In this document: positions 42,332-51,057 of the stretch, piece after piece | How the letters are laid out: every line of letters begins with the position of its first letter | Numbering within the stretch: position 1 is the first letter of the stretch | Assembly (NCBI GenBank): GCA_003482855.1 | Contig: DMXO01000002.1 | Coordinates: 28,060 to 92,059, forward strand | Length of the DNA: 64,000 nucleotides | Direction: 5' to 3' | Origin: Candidatus Magasanikiibacteriota bacterium | GTDB taxonomy: Bacteria; Patescibacteriota; Patescibacteriia; Magasanikbacterales; UBA922 | The notes under the pieces: model-generated | What the model saw: only the letters and a program-made list of their open reading frames with translations | Databases searched by the model: none | Told to the model about the DNA's origin: nothing | Translations under genes and position numbers: made by a program

Positions 42332-44158
42332 ATGAATTACAATTTTTATCACCCAAAATTAATTACATTTCTGATCATAGCACTACTTTCAGTCGCGGTG
42401 TTAGTTTTTATTTTCCTTAAGCTACCATCTTCACCACCCGCCAATGAAAATATTAACTGCAATCAGATAAATCTTCCTTACCAAAATCCAACATTACCAA
42501 TTAACGAAAGAGTCGCCGATTTAATGAACAGAATGTCCATCGCGGAAAAAATAGGACAAATGGTTTTGATTGAAAAAAATAGTATCCATAGTCTCAATGA
42601 TATTACACAATATAATTTAGGAGCGCTATTAAGCGGTGGCGGAGCTGGGCCAAAACAAGATACTCCGTCAGCATGGCTTCAAATGGTAAACGATTTTCAA
42701 TCTGCTGCCAAAGATACTTGTTTAGGAATACCTCTTTTGTATGGAATTGATGCTATCCATGGTCATGGTAATGTTCTTGGAGCTACAATTTTCCCTCATT
42801 CCATTGGTTTGGGTGCAACCAGAGATCCGGATTTAGTCGAACGGGTTGCCAAAGCAACCGCCGAAGAAATGGCCGCAACCGGAATTTATTGGAATTTTGC
42901 TCCTAATCTTGATGTGGCAAAAGATATTCGTTGGGGGAAAACATACGAAACCTTTGGATCAGATCCAGATAATGTAGCGACATTAGGGACTGCCTATTTA
43001 AAAGGATTACAAAATTATTCAAGCAATTATTTAAATGTATTGGCCACTGCCAAACATTATGTCGGCGGAGGGAATATGGAATATGGAACTTCTCGTAATA
43101 AAAATTTCAAAGTAGAAGAAGGAAATATAACTTTGGATGAAATATCATTACGCCAAACCCACTTGATCCCTTTTCAAAAAGCGATAACTAACGGTATAAA
43201 GGTTGTAATGGTGGGTACGGCTACTTGGAACGGGAAAATGAACACTTCGAACTATTACCTTTTGACAGATGTGCTAAAAGAAGAACTGGGTTTTTCCGGA
43301 TTTATAGTTTCAGATTGGTATGGCGTGTATGCGGTTTCTGCTTCTAAATATGACTCTATAGTGAGTTCTATTAACGCTGGAGTTGATATGGTTATGACTC
43401 CATTTGAATATAAAGATTTTATATCTAATATACAGGAAGCTTTATCCAAAGGAGATATAACAAAAGAGCGAATAGATGATGCGGTAAAAAGAATCTTAAC
43501 AGTAAAATTTGAGACGGGTTTATTTGACCGTCCGCAATCTCTGCCAGAAGGATTATCGGTTATAGGCAACGACCAACATCGCGAAATAGCCAGAGAAGCA
43601 GTTCGTAAATCTCAGGTATTATTAAAAAATAATAATTCTGTATTGCCCCTATCTAAATCATTGAAAAAAATAATAGTGGCCGGTTCATCGGCCGACAATT
43701 TAGGCCGGCAGGCGGGAGGATGGACAACAGAGTGGCAAGGAATAGACGGTAATTATGGTATTTTGGGAACTACCATTCTTGAAGCCATAAAAAATACAGT
43801 TTCCAAAGATACAAAAGTTGAATATAACAAAGACGGAAATTTTTCAATAAAAAATAATCTTGCAGATATTGGAATTATTGTTGTCGGCGAAAAACCTTAT
43901 GCCGAAGGCTGGGGAGACATTGCTAATCCAAATTTAAGTCCTGAAGATCTATTGGCAATAGAAAAAGTGAAAACAAAAAGCGAAAAAATAGCAGTTATAA
44001 TAGTTTCTGGCCGCCCATTGAATATAAAAAAATATACCAAAAATTGGGACGCAATTATAGCGGCTTGGCTCCCTGGAAGTGAAGGACAGGGAGTAACAGA
44101 TATCTTGTTTGGAGATTTTGCTTTTACAGGGGTATTGCCAGTAGATTGGGAATACTAG
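42332..44158 (+). CDS. Glycoside hydrolase family 3 beta-glucosidase, membrane anchored (cassette 2)
   Basis: EKIGQM, DAIHG, RWGKTYE, AKHYVG, SDW nucleophile, AWLPGSEG. Confidence 0.93.
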   Translation: MNYNFYHPKLITFLIIALLSVAVLVFIFLKLPSSPPANENINCNQINLPYQNPTLPINERVADLMNRMSIAEKIGQMVLIEKNSIHSLNDITQYNLGALLSGGGAGPKQDTPSAWLQMVNDFQSAAKDTCLGIPLLYGIDAIHGHGNVLGATIFPHSIGLGATRDPDLVERVAKATAEEMAATGIYWNFAPNLDVAKDIRWGKTYETFGSDPDNVATLGTAYLKGLQNYSSNYLNVLATAKHYVGGGNMEYGTSRNKNFKVEEGNITLDEISLRQTHLIPFQKAITNGIKVVMVGTATWNGKMNTSNYYLLTDVLKEELGFSGFIVSDWYGVYAVSASKYDSIVSSINAGVDMVMTPFEYKDFISNIQEALSKGDITKERIDDAVKRILTVKFETGLFDRPQSLPEGLSVIGNDQHREIAREAVRKSQVLLKNNNSVLPLSKSLKKIIVAGSSADNLGRQAGGWTTEWQGIDGNYGILGTTILEAIKNTVSKDTKVEYNKDGNFSIKNNLADIGIIVVGEKPYAEGWGDIANPNLSPEDLLAIEKVKTKSEKIAVIIVSGRPLNIKKYTKNWDAIIAAWLPGSEGQGVTDILFGDFAFTGVLPVDWEY

Positions 44159-44244
44159 CATTACTAACATAAACGAAAAACAAAATTGAATTATTTTTGC
44201 GAGTAATTCCGACTGCGGTCGGAATAAAGAAAGACAAATACAAC

Positions 44245-44342
44245 AGCTAACAGCCAATATACGGTTATGGCTTGCTAACGCAAACCTCCACCCATATCCT
44301 GTATTCTCAGGACATCGTATATCGGCGTATATTATGTGAAAT
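44245..44342 (+). other. attC-like site 2
   Basis: AGCTAAC-agccaatatacg...cgtatatcggc-gtat-ATTATGTGAAAT. Confidence 0.55.
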
Positions 44343-44376
44343 GTATTAAAATTTTTAGTAATTTTTAACAAATAGT

Positions 44377-44814
44377 ATGTCTACACAAATACAAGCTCTA
44401 TATCTAATTGGTCTTTCCGTCGCAGCCTTCTGGGCCATACCACAACTACCAATGATAATCAAGAATTATAAATTATCCACCCCTTCACCGACTAATAAGC
44501 TCGGGATTTTTTCTATCATTATTAATACTCTTATTGTCCTTGGCCCTCTTTTACACCCTCAGCTTATCCAAATAAAAGATTTATATACATTCATTTTGAT
44601 TAACTATCTAATTGCTTTTCTATTTCCATTCATAATTCCGTCGTATTCATTAGAATTTCTTAGATATGGAAAAATGCGTTCAATGCACCATACGAACCGG
44701 CTAACTGTCAAATTTAAACCTGAATATAAGTTTTATTACAAATTATGGCATGGAAGATATCTGATAATACTAATAGTTCTGATTATTTTTATAGCGACAA
44801 AATTCTTGACCTAG
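44377..44814 (+). CDS. Hypothetical membrane protein (cassette 3)
   Basis: 4 TM, very AT-rich, follows attC-like site 2. Confidence 0.7.
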   Translation: MSTQIQALYLIGLSVAAFWAIPQLPMIIKNYKLSTPSPTNKLGIFSIIINTLIVLGPLLHPQLIQIKDLYTFILINYLIAFLFPFIIPSYSLEFLRYGKMRSMHHTNRLTVKFKPEYKFYYKLWHGRYLIILIVLIIFIATKFLT

Positions 44815-44944
44815 AATTTGAAGCAATCCCTTAATATGGTTTCCCATAGTTTTACCTCTAAACCATATTAACATTGTCCATAAGTTTGTATATATCTTAC
44901 GATTTAGCTCATATAACCGTGAATATTATGATAAACATAAACAT

Positions 44945-45169
44945 ATGATTTATGATGATTATTTCAGACCTGTATTAAGAGATAATACAGGCAATTTCTT
45001 GGGTCTCGTAGATACCTATACGCAAGCTGGTTTATCAAGAGAAGATGCAGACAGACTTGCTTCTCTCGATATGACCCATGAGACTGTGGGGCTCTCTCCA
45101 CGAGAGATTGAGGTACATGAATCACTCAAAAGAAAATTATATGATCTTCGAAGACAGAAAGACACATAA
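44945..45169 (+). CDS. Small hypothetical protein
   Basis: 74-aa ORF. Confidence 0.55.
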   Translation: MIYDDYFRPVLRDNTGNFLGLVDTYTQAGLSREDADRLASLDMTHETVGLSPREIEVHESLKRKLYDLRRQKDT

Positions 45170-45244
45170 ATAATAACCCTGTATATCTGTGGAAAACTTA
45201 TATTTGACGTCATTGCCACAAGCCTGATACTATACTCACACAAT

Positions 45245-45356
45245 ACAACATCATGTGGAAGCGAGGTGCCCAGCCCCAAAAGGCAGGAATTCCTCCACTG
45301 TGCCGCAACGGTAATTTCATCACACCGATGGATAAGTCCGATCTTCATGATATTGT
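45245..45356 (+). promoter_or_regulatory. Cobalamin riboswitch
   Basis: GGAAgcgaGGTG...AATTCCtcCACTGtgCCGCAACGGTAA...AAGTCCGA core; closing stem acaacatcatg/catgatattgt; upstream of DUF4430 and S-component genes. Confidence 0.82.
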
Positions 45357-45449
45357 CACAAACCCGAGCAGGTTATCTTTTTTCGAGATCTTTCTCACAC
45401 AAAATAGACTTCCTGCCCACAGGATGTTTTTATTTATATAACTGATTAT

Positions 45450-45956
45450 ATGAAAAAATTGTTCCTCATAGCTATTTTACTGACCACAACTGGATGTGTA
45501 TATACAACACCAAATCAAAATACACAGACACAGGCAGAAAAACAAAATTTGACGACTACCGTGATAGAAAATACGAAAAAAGAACCAAAACAAATACAAA
45601 ATACTGAGACAGTCTCGACAACAAACAACTCTCCCACCATCCCCTATCCTGAGCCAGAATATACCAATCCTGTACGCATGATCGTCAATGGGGAAACATA
45701 CACAATAGAACTCAAAGACAACATGACTGTGTATGATCTTATGCTTACACTCAGTGCTGACTCAAAAAAACCATTTCTCTTTGAGACAAAAGAATATCCT
45801 GGCATGGGACATTTCGTAGAATCAATCAATGATCTCAAACAAAATCCAAAAGAAGACAGGTATTGGATATACTATATTAACGGGGAGTCAGCCAAAGTCG
45901 GGATTTCTAACTACATCATTAACCAAGGAGATATAATTGAATGGAAATATGAATAA
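45450..45956 (+). CDS. DUF4430 lipoprotein (transcobalamin beta-domain-like)
   Basis: TTGC lipobox-like, TVYDLM, GHFVESIN, YWIYYING..AKVG, GDIIEWKY. Confidence 0.88.
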   Translation: MKKLFLIAILLTTTGCVYTTPNQNTQTQAEKQNLTTTVIENTKKEPKQIQNTETVSTTNNSPTIPYPEPEYTNPVRMIVNGETYTIELKDNMTVYDLMLTLSADSKKPFLFETKEYPGMGHFVESINDLKQNPKEDRYWIYYINGESAKVGISNYIINQGDIIEWKYE

Positions 45957-47718
45957 CAAATGCAAAATGCAAAATGCAAAATGCAAAATTTTTATTGTAT
46001 TATTGATCACTTTTAGTATTTGTACTCAAGTTAATGCAGAAGAAGTTAATAGCGAACAAAATTTTGAAGAACAACCCGAAGAACAGACGACAGATGAGGA
46101 ATCATCGACGCCAGAAGATACTAATACACAAGATGAAGCTGCCTCAGAAGAAAATTCTAATGAAGAAGACGAAACTACTTCGCCAGAAGAGGCAGAAGAT
46201 GTTGGGGATACTGAGGAGACACAAGAGGAAGAAATGCCAGGACAGACAACATCAGAATCAGAAGAAAATCCAACGGTACAAATCCCTCAAGTAAGCATGG
46301 AAATTATAACTCAAAGCCAAATCAATGAAACTGCTGCGAGCATTTTGAATTATTTAAAATCTCAACAATCCATGAGTGGAGGGATAGTTGCAGGATACGA
46401 CGAAAATGGCAAACCAATGATAGATGGTCCTGTCACAGACTGGGCCATCATCTCTTTTGGCGCCAATGGACAATACGCAGATGAAATAAAGATGGCCACA
46501 ACTTCCCTACTCGATTATGAAAAAAAATATAATCTGGATGATCCAAGTGATATAAATTCATGCGCCACATACCCACGCCACGTACTCGCATTGCTTGCTG
46601 CAGGTGTAGAACAAACAGACCCGGCAATACTCGGCCTCAAAGAAAAAATGAACACTATTTGTTATGCAAATAACATGTATGGACTAAACGGCATCAACGA
46701 CGATGTATTTGCCTTACTTGCTCTCTCGGCTCTTGGGACAAATCAGTCAGAACCAATCATGCAAGATATAGTTTCGACAACCCTCGCATGGCAAATTGAT
46801 ACAGGAGCTTTTGCCTGGCCTGATTGGACTAATCCAAATCAAAAAGTTGCAGGAGACGATATTACTGGCGCTGCAATAAACGCACTTGCATATGCTGAGT
46901 CAAAAGGAGCTATGATTTCTCCAGAGGTATTGAACAATGCAAAAAATTATTTAAAAACTACACAACAGACAGATGGCGGCTGGGGTTATGGTTCATCAGA
47001 TATCATGACAACAAGCTGGGTACTCATGGGTATACACGCGATGAATGAGACACAGGATGATTGGTTCGTAACATCAACAGGCAAAAATCCATGGCATCCA
47101 TTGGTATATAATCTGAAATCTGGAGGATACTATGAACCATCGTGGGCGCTAGGGACAGTGGATTGGTTTGCTATGAAGCATGCAGTACCCGCAGTACTTG
47201 GCACTTCTTGGCCCATAATGCTCAATCCTGTCGTAAAAGATTTCTCACACGATGCTACATTCACGTATGGAAGCAGTGGCGGATCATATATACCACCACA
47301 AGAAGACATTATAGCTACTTCGACAATAATTATGGTTACATCTACTCAGGATATGGTGACAACTACCGAAGATATAATAGCCACTACTACCGAGGATATA
47401 ATAACAGAAATTCAAGAATTAGACTCAGACAAAAATAATGATGAGTCAACAGTAAAAATTGTTCCAGCACCTTCCTCTACTTTACCCATTCCCCAGCAAC
47501 CAAAACCAATAGTGCGTGGTGAAAAAATCACTGATACACCAGACGAACAAAATACCACATCTACAAACGATGTGACAGACGAAAAATCTGCTGAAATAAT
47601 ACCACAGGAACAAAAAACAGAGGGAAAAAAAGATATCCCAGCGCTTCCTATACTCATCTCTATTGGGGGTATAGGTCTTCTCTATGGAGCTTGGAAGTTG
47701 ATAAAGACTCTGCTATAA
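45949..47718 (+). CDS. Surface protein with prenyltransferase/squalene-oxidase (alpha6-alpha6 barrel) repeats
   Basis: Signal peptide, acidic linker, YLKSQQ, DDITGAAINAL, YLKTTQQTDGGWGY, Thr-rich stalk, C-terminal TM; start codon uncertain. Confidence 0.82.
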   Translation: MNNKCKMQNAKCKIFIVLLITFSICTQVNAEEVNSEQNFEEQPEEQTTDEESSTPEDTNTQDEAASEENSNEEDETTSPEEAEDVGDTEETQEEEMPGQTTSESEENPTVQIPQVSMEIITQSQINETAASILNYLKSQQSMSGGIVAGYDENGKPMIDGPVTDWAIISFGANGQYADEIKMATTSLLDYEKKYNLDDPSDINSCATYPRHVLALLAAGVEQTDPAILGLKEKMNTICYANNMYGLNGINDDVFALLALSALGTNQSEPIMQDIVSTTLAWQIDTGAFAWPDWTNPNQKVAGDDITGAAINALAYAESKGAMISPEVLNNAKNYLKTTQQTDGGWGYGSSDIMTTSWVLMGIHAMNETQDDWFVTSTGKNPWHPLVYNLKSGGYYEPSWALGTVDWFAMKHAVPAVLGTSWPIMLNPVVKDFSHDATFTYGSSGGSYIPPQEDIIATSTIIMVTSTQDMVTTTEDIIATTTEDIITEIQELDSDKNNDESTVKIVPAPSSTLPIPQQPKPIVRGEKITDTPDEQNTTSTNDVTDEKSAEIIPQEQKTEGKKDIPALPILISIGGIGLLYGAWKLIKTLL

Positions 47719-47764
47719 TATCTATCTTTGAGCTACAATAAAAATGATAATATACAATGAAAAT

Positions 47765-48316
47765 ATGAGTAAACAATTTCAAATTTCAAATTTCAAATTT
47801 CAAATTTTTGTCGTGCTACTGATAACCATAGGCATAAGTGCCCGCCTTCTACCACATCCGGCAAACTTTAGTCCAGTAGCGGCGTTGGCAATATTTGGTG
47901 CATTATACTTGCCACGGAAATGGACGCTGGTATTGCCTGTGTCTATTATGTTCTTGAGTGACATCATTATTGGTTTTTATGCGTGGCAAATAATGGCAAG
48001 TGTATATGCATGTTTCATTCTCACCAGTGGTCTTGCGCTCTGGGCAAAAAAATATAAAACATTTAGCACTATTTTGGGTACCACCGTACTTGGTTCGATT
48101 ATATTTTTCCTCGTAACTAACGCAGCTGTCTGGGGCTTTGGTACCATGTATACACATAATTTCTCTGGCCTTTTGCAAAGTTATTACATGGCACTCCCCT
48201 TTTTCCGCAATAGTCTTTTAGGAGATTTATTTTATACAGGAATTTTTGTCGGGATAGCAGAGGGAATACGGTATCTCTATATAAAGCAGGCAACCTATGA
48301 ACCAAACAAAACGTAA
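47765..48316 (+). CDS. Solitary ECF S-component-like transporter (DUF6580/BtuM-like)
   Basis: RLLPHPANFSPVAALAIF, SD, FFLVTN, YYMALPFFRNSLLGD. Confidence 0.85.
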   Translation: MSKQFQISNFKFQIFVVLLITIGISARLLPHPANFSPVAALAIFGALYLPRKWTLVLPVSIMFLSDIIIGFYAWQIMASVYACFILTSGLALWAKKYKTFSTILGTTVLGSIIFFLVTNAAVWGFGTMYTHNFSGLLQSYYMALPFFRNSLLGDLFYTGIFVGIAEGIRYLYIKQATYEPNKT

Positions 48317-48548
48317 ATGGGATCTACTGACAAAAGAAGAACGCGACAACGCTATAACAAAAATCATAACGTACTTTGAAACCGAACGAGATGAAAAAAT
48401 AGGCATCATAGCAGCAGAAGAACTACTTGATTTTTTTCTCGAACTTACTGGAGAAAAAATACACAATACAGCTATACAAGAATCCAAAGATTGGTTCAAA
48501 AAAAGACTAGAAGTAATGGAAAATGATTTCGAAGAATTGCTCAAATAA
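48297..48548 (+). CDS. DUF2164 family protein
   Basis: YFETERDEKIGIIAAEELLDFF...HN.AI. Confidence 0.85.
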   Translation: MNQTKRKWDLLTKEERDNAITKIITYFETERDEKIGIIAAEELLDFFLELTGEKIHNTAIQESKDWFKKRLEVMENDFEELLK

Positions 48549-48562
48549 AAAATCTACATCAT

Positions 48563-48587
48563 AAAACTCCCATCTAAGGGAGTTTTT
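48563..48587. terminator. Bidirectional terminator
   Basis: aaaactccc-atctaa-gggagttttt. Confidence 0.8.
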
Positions 48588-48669
48588 ATTTTTGAACCGG
48601 CGCCGCTTCGATCGCCGGTTATTTGTGCGTTCAAAGCGGCGGTGCTCTTTGCATGCCGCATCCTTTCCG

Positions 48670-49158
48670 TCAGCCCGCCGCGTTGTACACGACGAGGATG
48701 ATGGTCGCCAGCGTGTGCAGGTACTCCGCACGCACGACCACAGTGAACTGGGACGAGTCGTTCACCGACCAGATCGGAAATCGACGGTCGACGGGAAATT
48801 CGTCCCCTTCGGCCTGCTTACCACGAAGGTCATAGACCCCCGGGATGGTCGCGCGCCAGAAGGGAACCACGTTGCCCGGGTTGAGCACGCGATCCGAGAC
48901 GACCGAGACGACCCATTCCGTACTGTCGTGGTACAGTCGGGTCATGGTGATTTCGATCCCCTTGTGGGAGATGCGCGCGATCGGACGGACGAACCCACCG
49001 AGCACACGCTGTCCGATCACTTCGGGTTCCCCGATCTTGAGTGGCCAGGACAGTGTGGACTGTTGCTCGAACGCCTTTTCCACCGTCCTCACTGCCATGA
49101 TGTCGGGATGGGTGCTGTTGCACCTTACGACCCACTGACTGAGCTTCTTGGGGGACAT
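48670..49158 (-). CDS. GC-rich orphan protein (islet 4), 162 aa
   Basis: SD AAAGGAG before ATG 49158; promoter TTGACA(49231-49226)-17nt-TATTTT; GC3-rich. Confidence 0.8.
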   Translation of the reverse strand: MSPKKLSQWVVRCNSTHPDIMAVRTVEKAFEQQSTLSWPLKIGEPEVIGQRVLGGFVRPIARISHKGIEITMTRLYHDSTEWVVSVVSDRVLNPGNVVPFWRATIPGVYDLRGKQAEGDEFPVDRRFPIWSVNDSSQFTVVVRAEYLHTLATIILVVYNAAG

Positions 49159-49301
49159 ATTCTTCTCCTTTCCCCCACGTTGACACACACAAAGAGCATT
49201 TCAAAATATCATTACTAAGTGATATTGTCAAGCTAAATAATAAAATAAAAAACAACGCCCTTGAAGCGTTATTTTTATCTATTCTAAATCTGTGCAAAAT
49301 G

Positions 49302-50738
49302 TTACCCAAAATCATCAAACTTAATCTCCTCACCCGTATCAGTCACTATACGACGTTTCTCTTCTGCGTGCTTCTCTTCGACAAGCGTTGATTCTACTGT
49401 AGGCAAGCCACCAATACCCTCAACTGGCAAACCAATCGGTGGTTCGGCAACCTTGCTTGATGCTTTCTGGACTTGAGGAGTTTTGACATGAGACATGGGG
49501 AAATGCCACAGCGTAGCAAGTTCTTCTATATTCAAAACACATGGATTAGCACCAGCTTTTATTTTTCTCTTCTTATATGCTTTGAAAAAATGATTCTGTT
49601 TATGAATTTTCTTATTCTTGTTGCGAATATTTGTGGTACTCTTCGGAACTATAGAATTCGCTGTAGGGATATTAAATTGATTTATTGCACCCACGAGTGC
49701 ATTAACACCGCGCGCAGTATTGAATACCTCTTTTCGTGCTACGTATACACCACGCATTTTTACTTTGAATCCTATTTTAGCAATTTTTTCTTCCATCGCT
49801 TCAATCAATTTTGATTGACCCGGCGTGAGATATTTGAGCTGATTCTTCTCTTCGTGGTCGCTCGACGAACTCTCTCCTCCCTCACTGCGGATGCCACCGG
49901 TGAGCTGGGCATTGAGCTCTTCGAGACTTCTACCCACTTCTTTGGTAATGAAATTTTCTGTGAGAAAATTAAGCTTGCTTTTGTGAGATTCCTTTTTCTC
50001 TCCAATAAGTTCTTTTATTTTCTCTATAGACTTTTCCTTCCAATGATTATCTGTCGGTTGTACTAAAATCTGAAACCACATCTGCTCACCATACCCAATA
50101 CGCGTGAAACTCTCCAGAAATGTACCCATAGGATCTTTGAGTACTGTATCTTTGGAAATGCTGTGCTCAAATTCGCGATATGAACGTATAGGGAATGCAT
50201 CGTGTTCAGCTAGAGAAAAATCTCCAATCCATATATCGTGTGTATCATTGGGATATTTATCTGGTACCTGAGTCACATAATCCTCTACTTCAGTGATTTC
50301 TGCATCAGGATACTGGGCATAGACAGATGCTTCTACAAGATCTCTAAATGTCTGTTCAGTCCATACCAAAAATTGGATATACCCTTCAATGCTAATAATT
50401 TCAAAACTAAACCATTTTTGCTTGTAGCCCTCTCGAAATTTGCCACGCAAATCCGGATGTTCAAATGCGCCAGCAATATGACTAAACATCTGCTCAACAG
50501 CTTTTGGTGTTTGGACGTTCTCCTGAGGAATGTCGATAGCAAGCAAAGTAAATTTCCAGTGATGTGTATTTTTTTCTTCGACATACTCAGCATACAGATG
50601 AATACCCGCATATGCCAAAAGCCACACAAGGATAATCCAGCCAACAATAGCAAATAACTCAAAGACAACCACTATAGCTGGTTGTTCAAAAAAACTAATC
50701 ACGGTAAGTATGTCTATGTACATGAAACCTAAATCCAT
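49302..50738 (-). CDS. Membrane protein homologous to the N-terminal domain of the ATPase at 28209
   Basis: Shared FSFE, AQYP.A.I..V.DY, DP and LN.EE.A.LWH.P motifs; no Walker A. Confidence 0.8.
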   Translation of the reverse strand: MDLGFMYIDILTVISFFEQPAIVVVFELFAIVGWIILVWLLAYAGIHLYAEYVEEKNTHHWKFTLLAIDIPQENVQTPKAVEQMFSHIAGAFEHPDLRGKFREGYKQKWFSFEIISIEGYIQFLVWTEQTFRDLVEASVYAQYPDAEITEVEDYVTQVPDKYPNDTHDIWIGDFSLAEHDAFPIRSYREFEHSISKDTVLKDPMGTFLESFTRIGYGEQMWFQILVQPTDNHWKEKSIEKIKELIGEKKESHKSKLNFLTENFITKEVGRSLEELNAQLTGGIRSEGGESSSSDHEEKNQLKYLTPGQSKLIEAMEEKIAKIGFKVKMRGVYVARKEVFNTARGVNALVGAINQFNIPTANSIVPKSTTNIRNKNKKIHKQNHFFKAYKKRKIKAGANPCVLNIEELATLWHFPMSHVKTPQVQKASSKVAEPPIGLPVEGIGGLPTVESTLVEEKHAEEKRRIVTDTGEEIKFDDFG

Positions 50739-50744
50739 ACGCGA

Positions 50745-50906
50745 TTAGACATCTACTAATTTGAAAACGAGTGGATACAGTATCAAAACTCCTATAAATA
50801 AAGGCCACCACCCAAGGCTCCCTGCTACATAGCCTGCCCAATAAACTATACCAAGTATAAGGACTGCGATAGTAGTAATTAAATGACGCAAAAATTTATC
50901 ACCCAT
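50745..50906 (-). CDS. Small 2-TM membrane protein
   Basis: ATG 50906, hydrophobic. Confidence 0.6.
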   Translation of the reverse strand: MGDKFLRHLITTIAVLILGIVYWAGYVAGSLGWWPLFIGVLILYPLVFKLVDV

Positions 50907-50908
50907 AA

Positions 50909-51000
50909 AATAGTTCTTAGTTCTTAGTTCACAGTTCATAGAAATTTTTAAAATGTTTTATTTCAATCCTATGAACTATGAACTATTGGCTATGAACTAA
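50909..51000. repeat. Inverted heptamer array (tagttct)n / (tgaacta)n
   Basis: Complementary tandem arrays flanking an AT spacer. Confidence 0.75.
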
Positions 51001-51057
51001 AGTAATTATACCATAAAAATAAAAAACCCCCTAGAGGGGGTCATTTTGGATACTATC

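Noticed and set aside
48592-49218. 208-aa plus-strand ORF
   Set aside because: Shadow of islet 4, whose promoter and SD are on the minus strand
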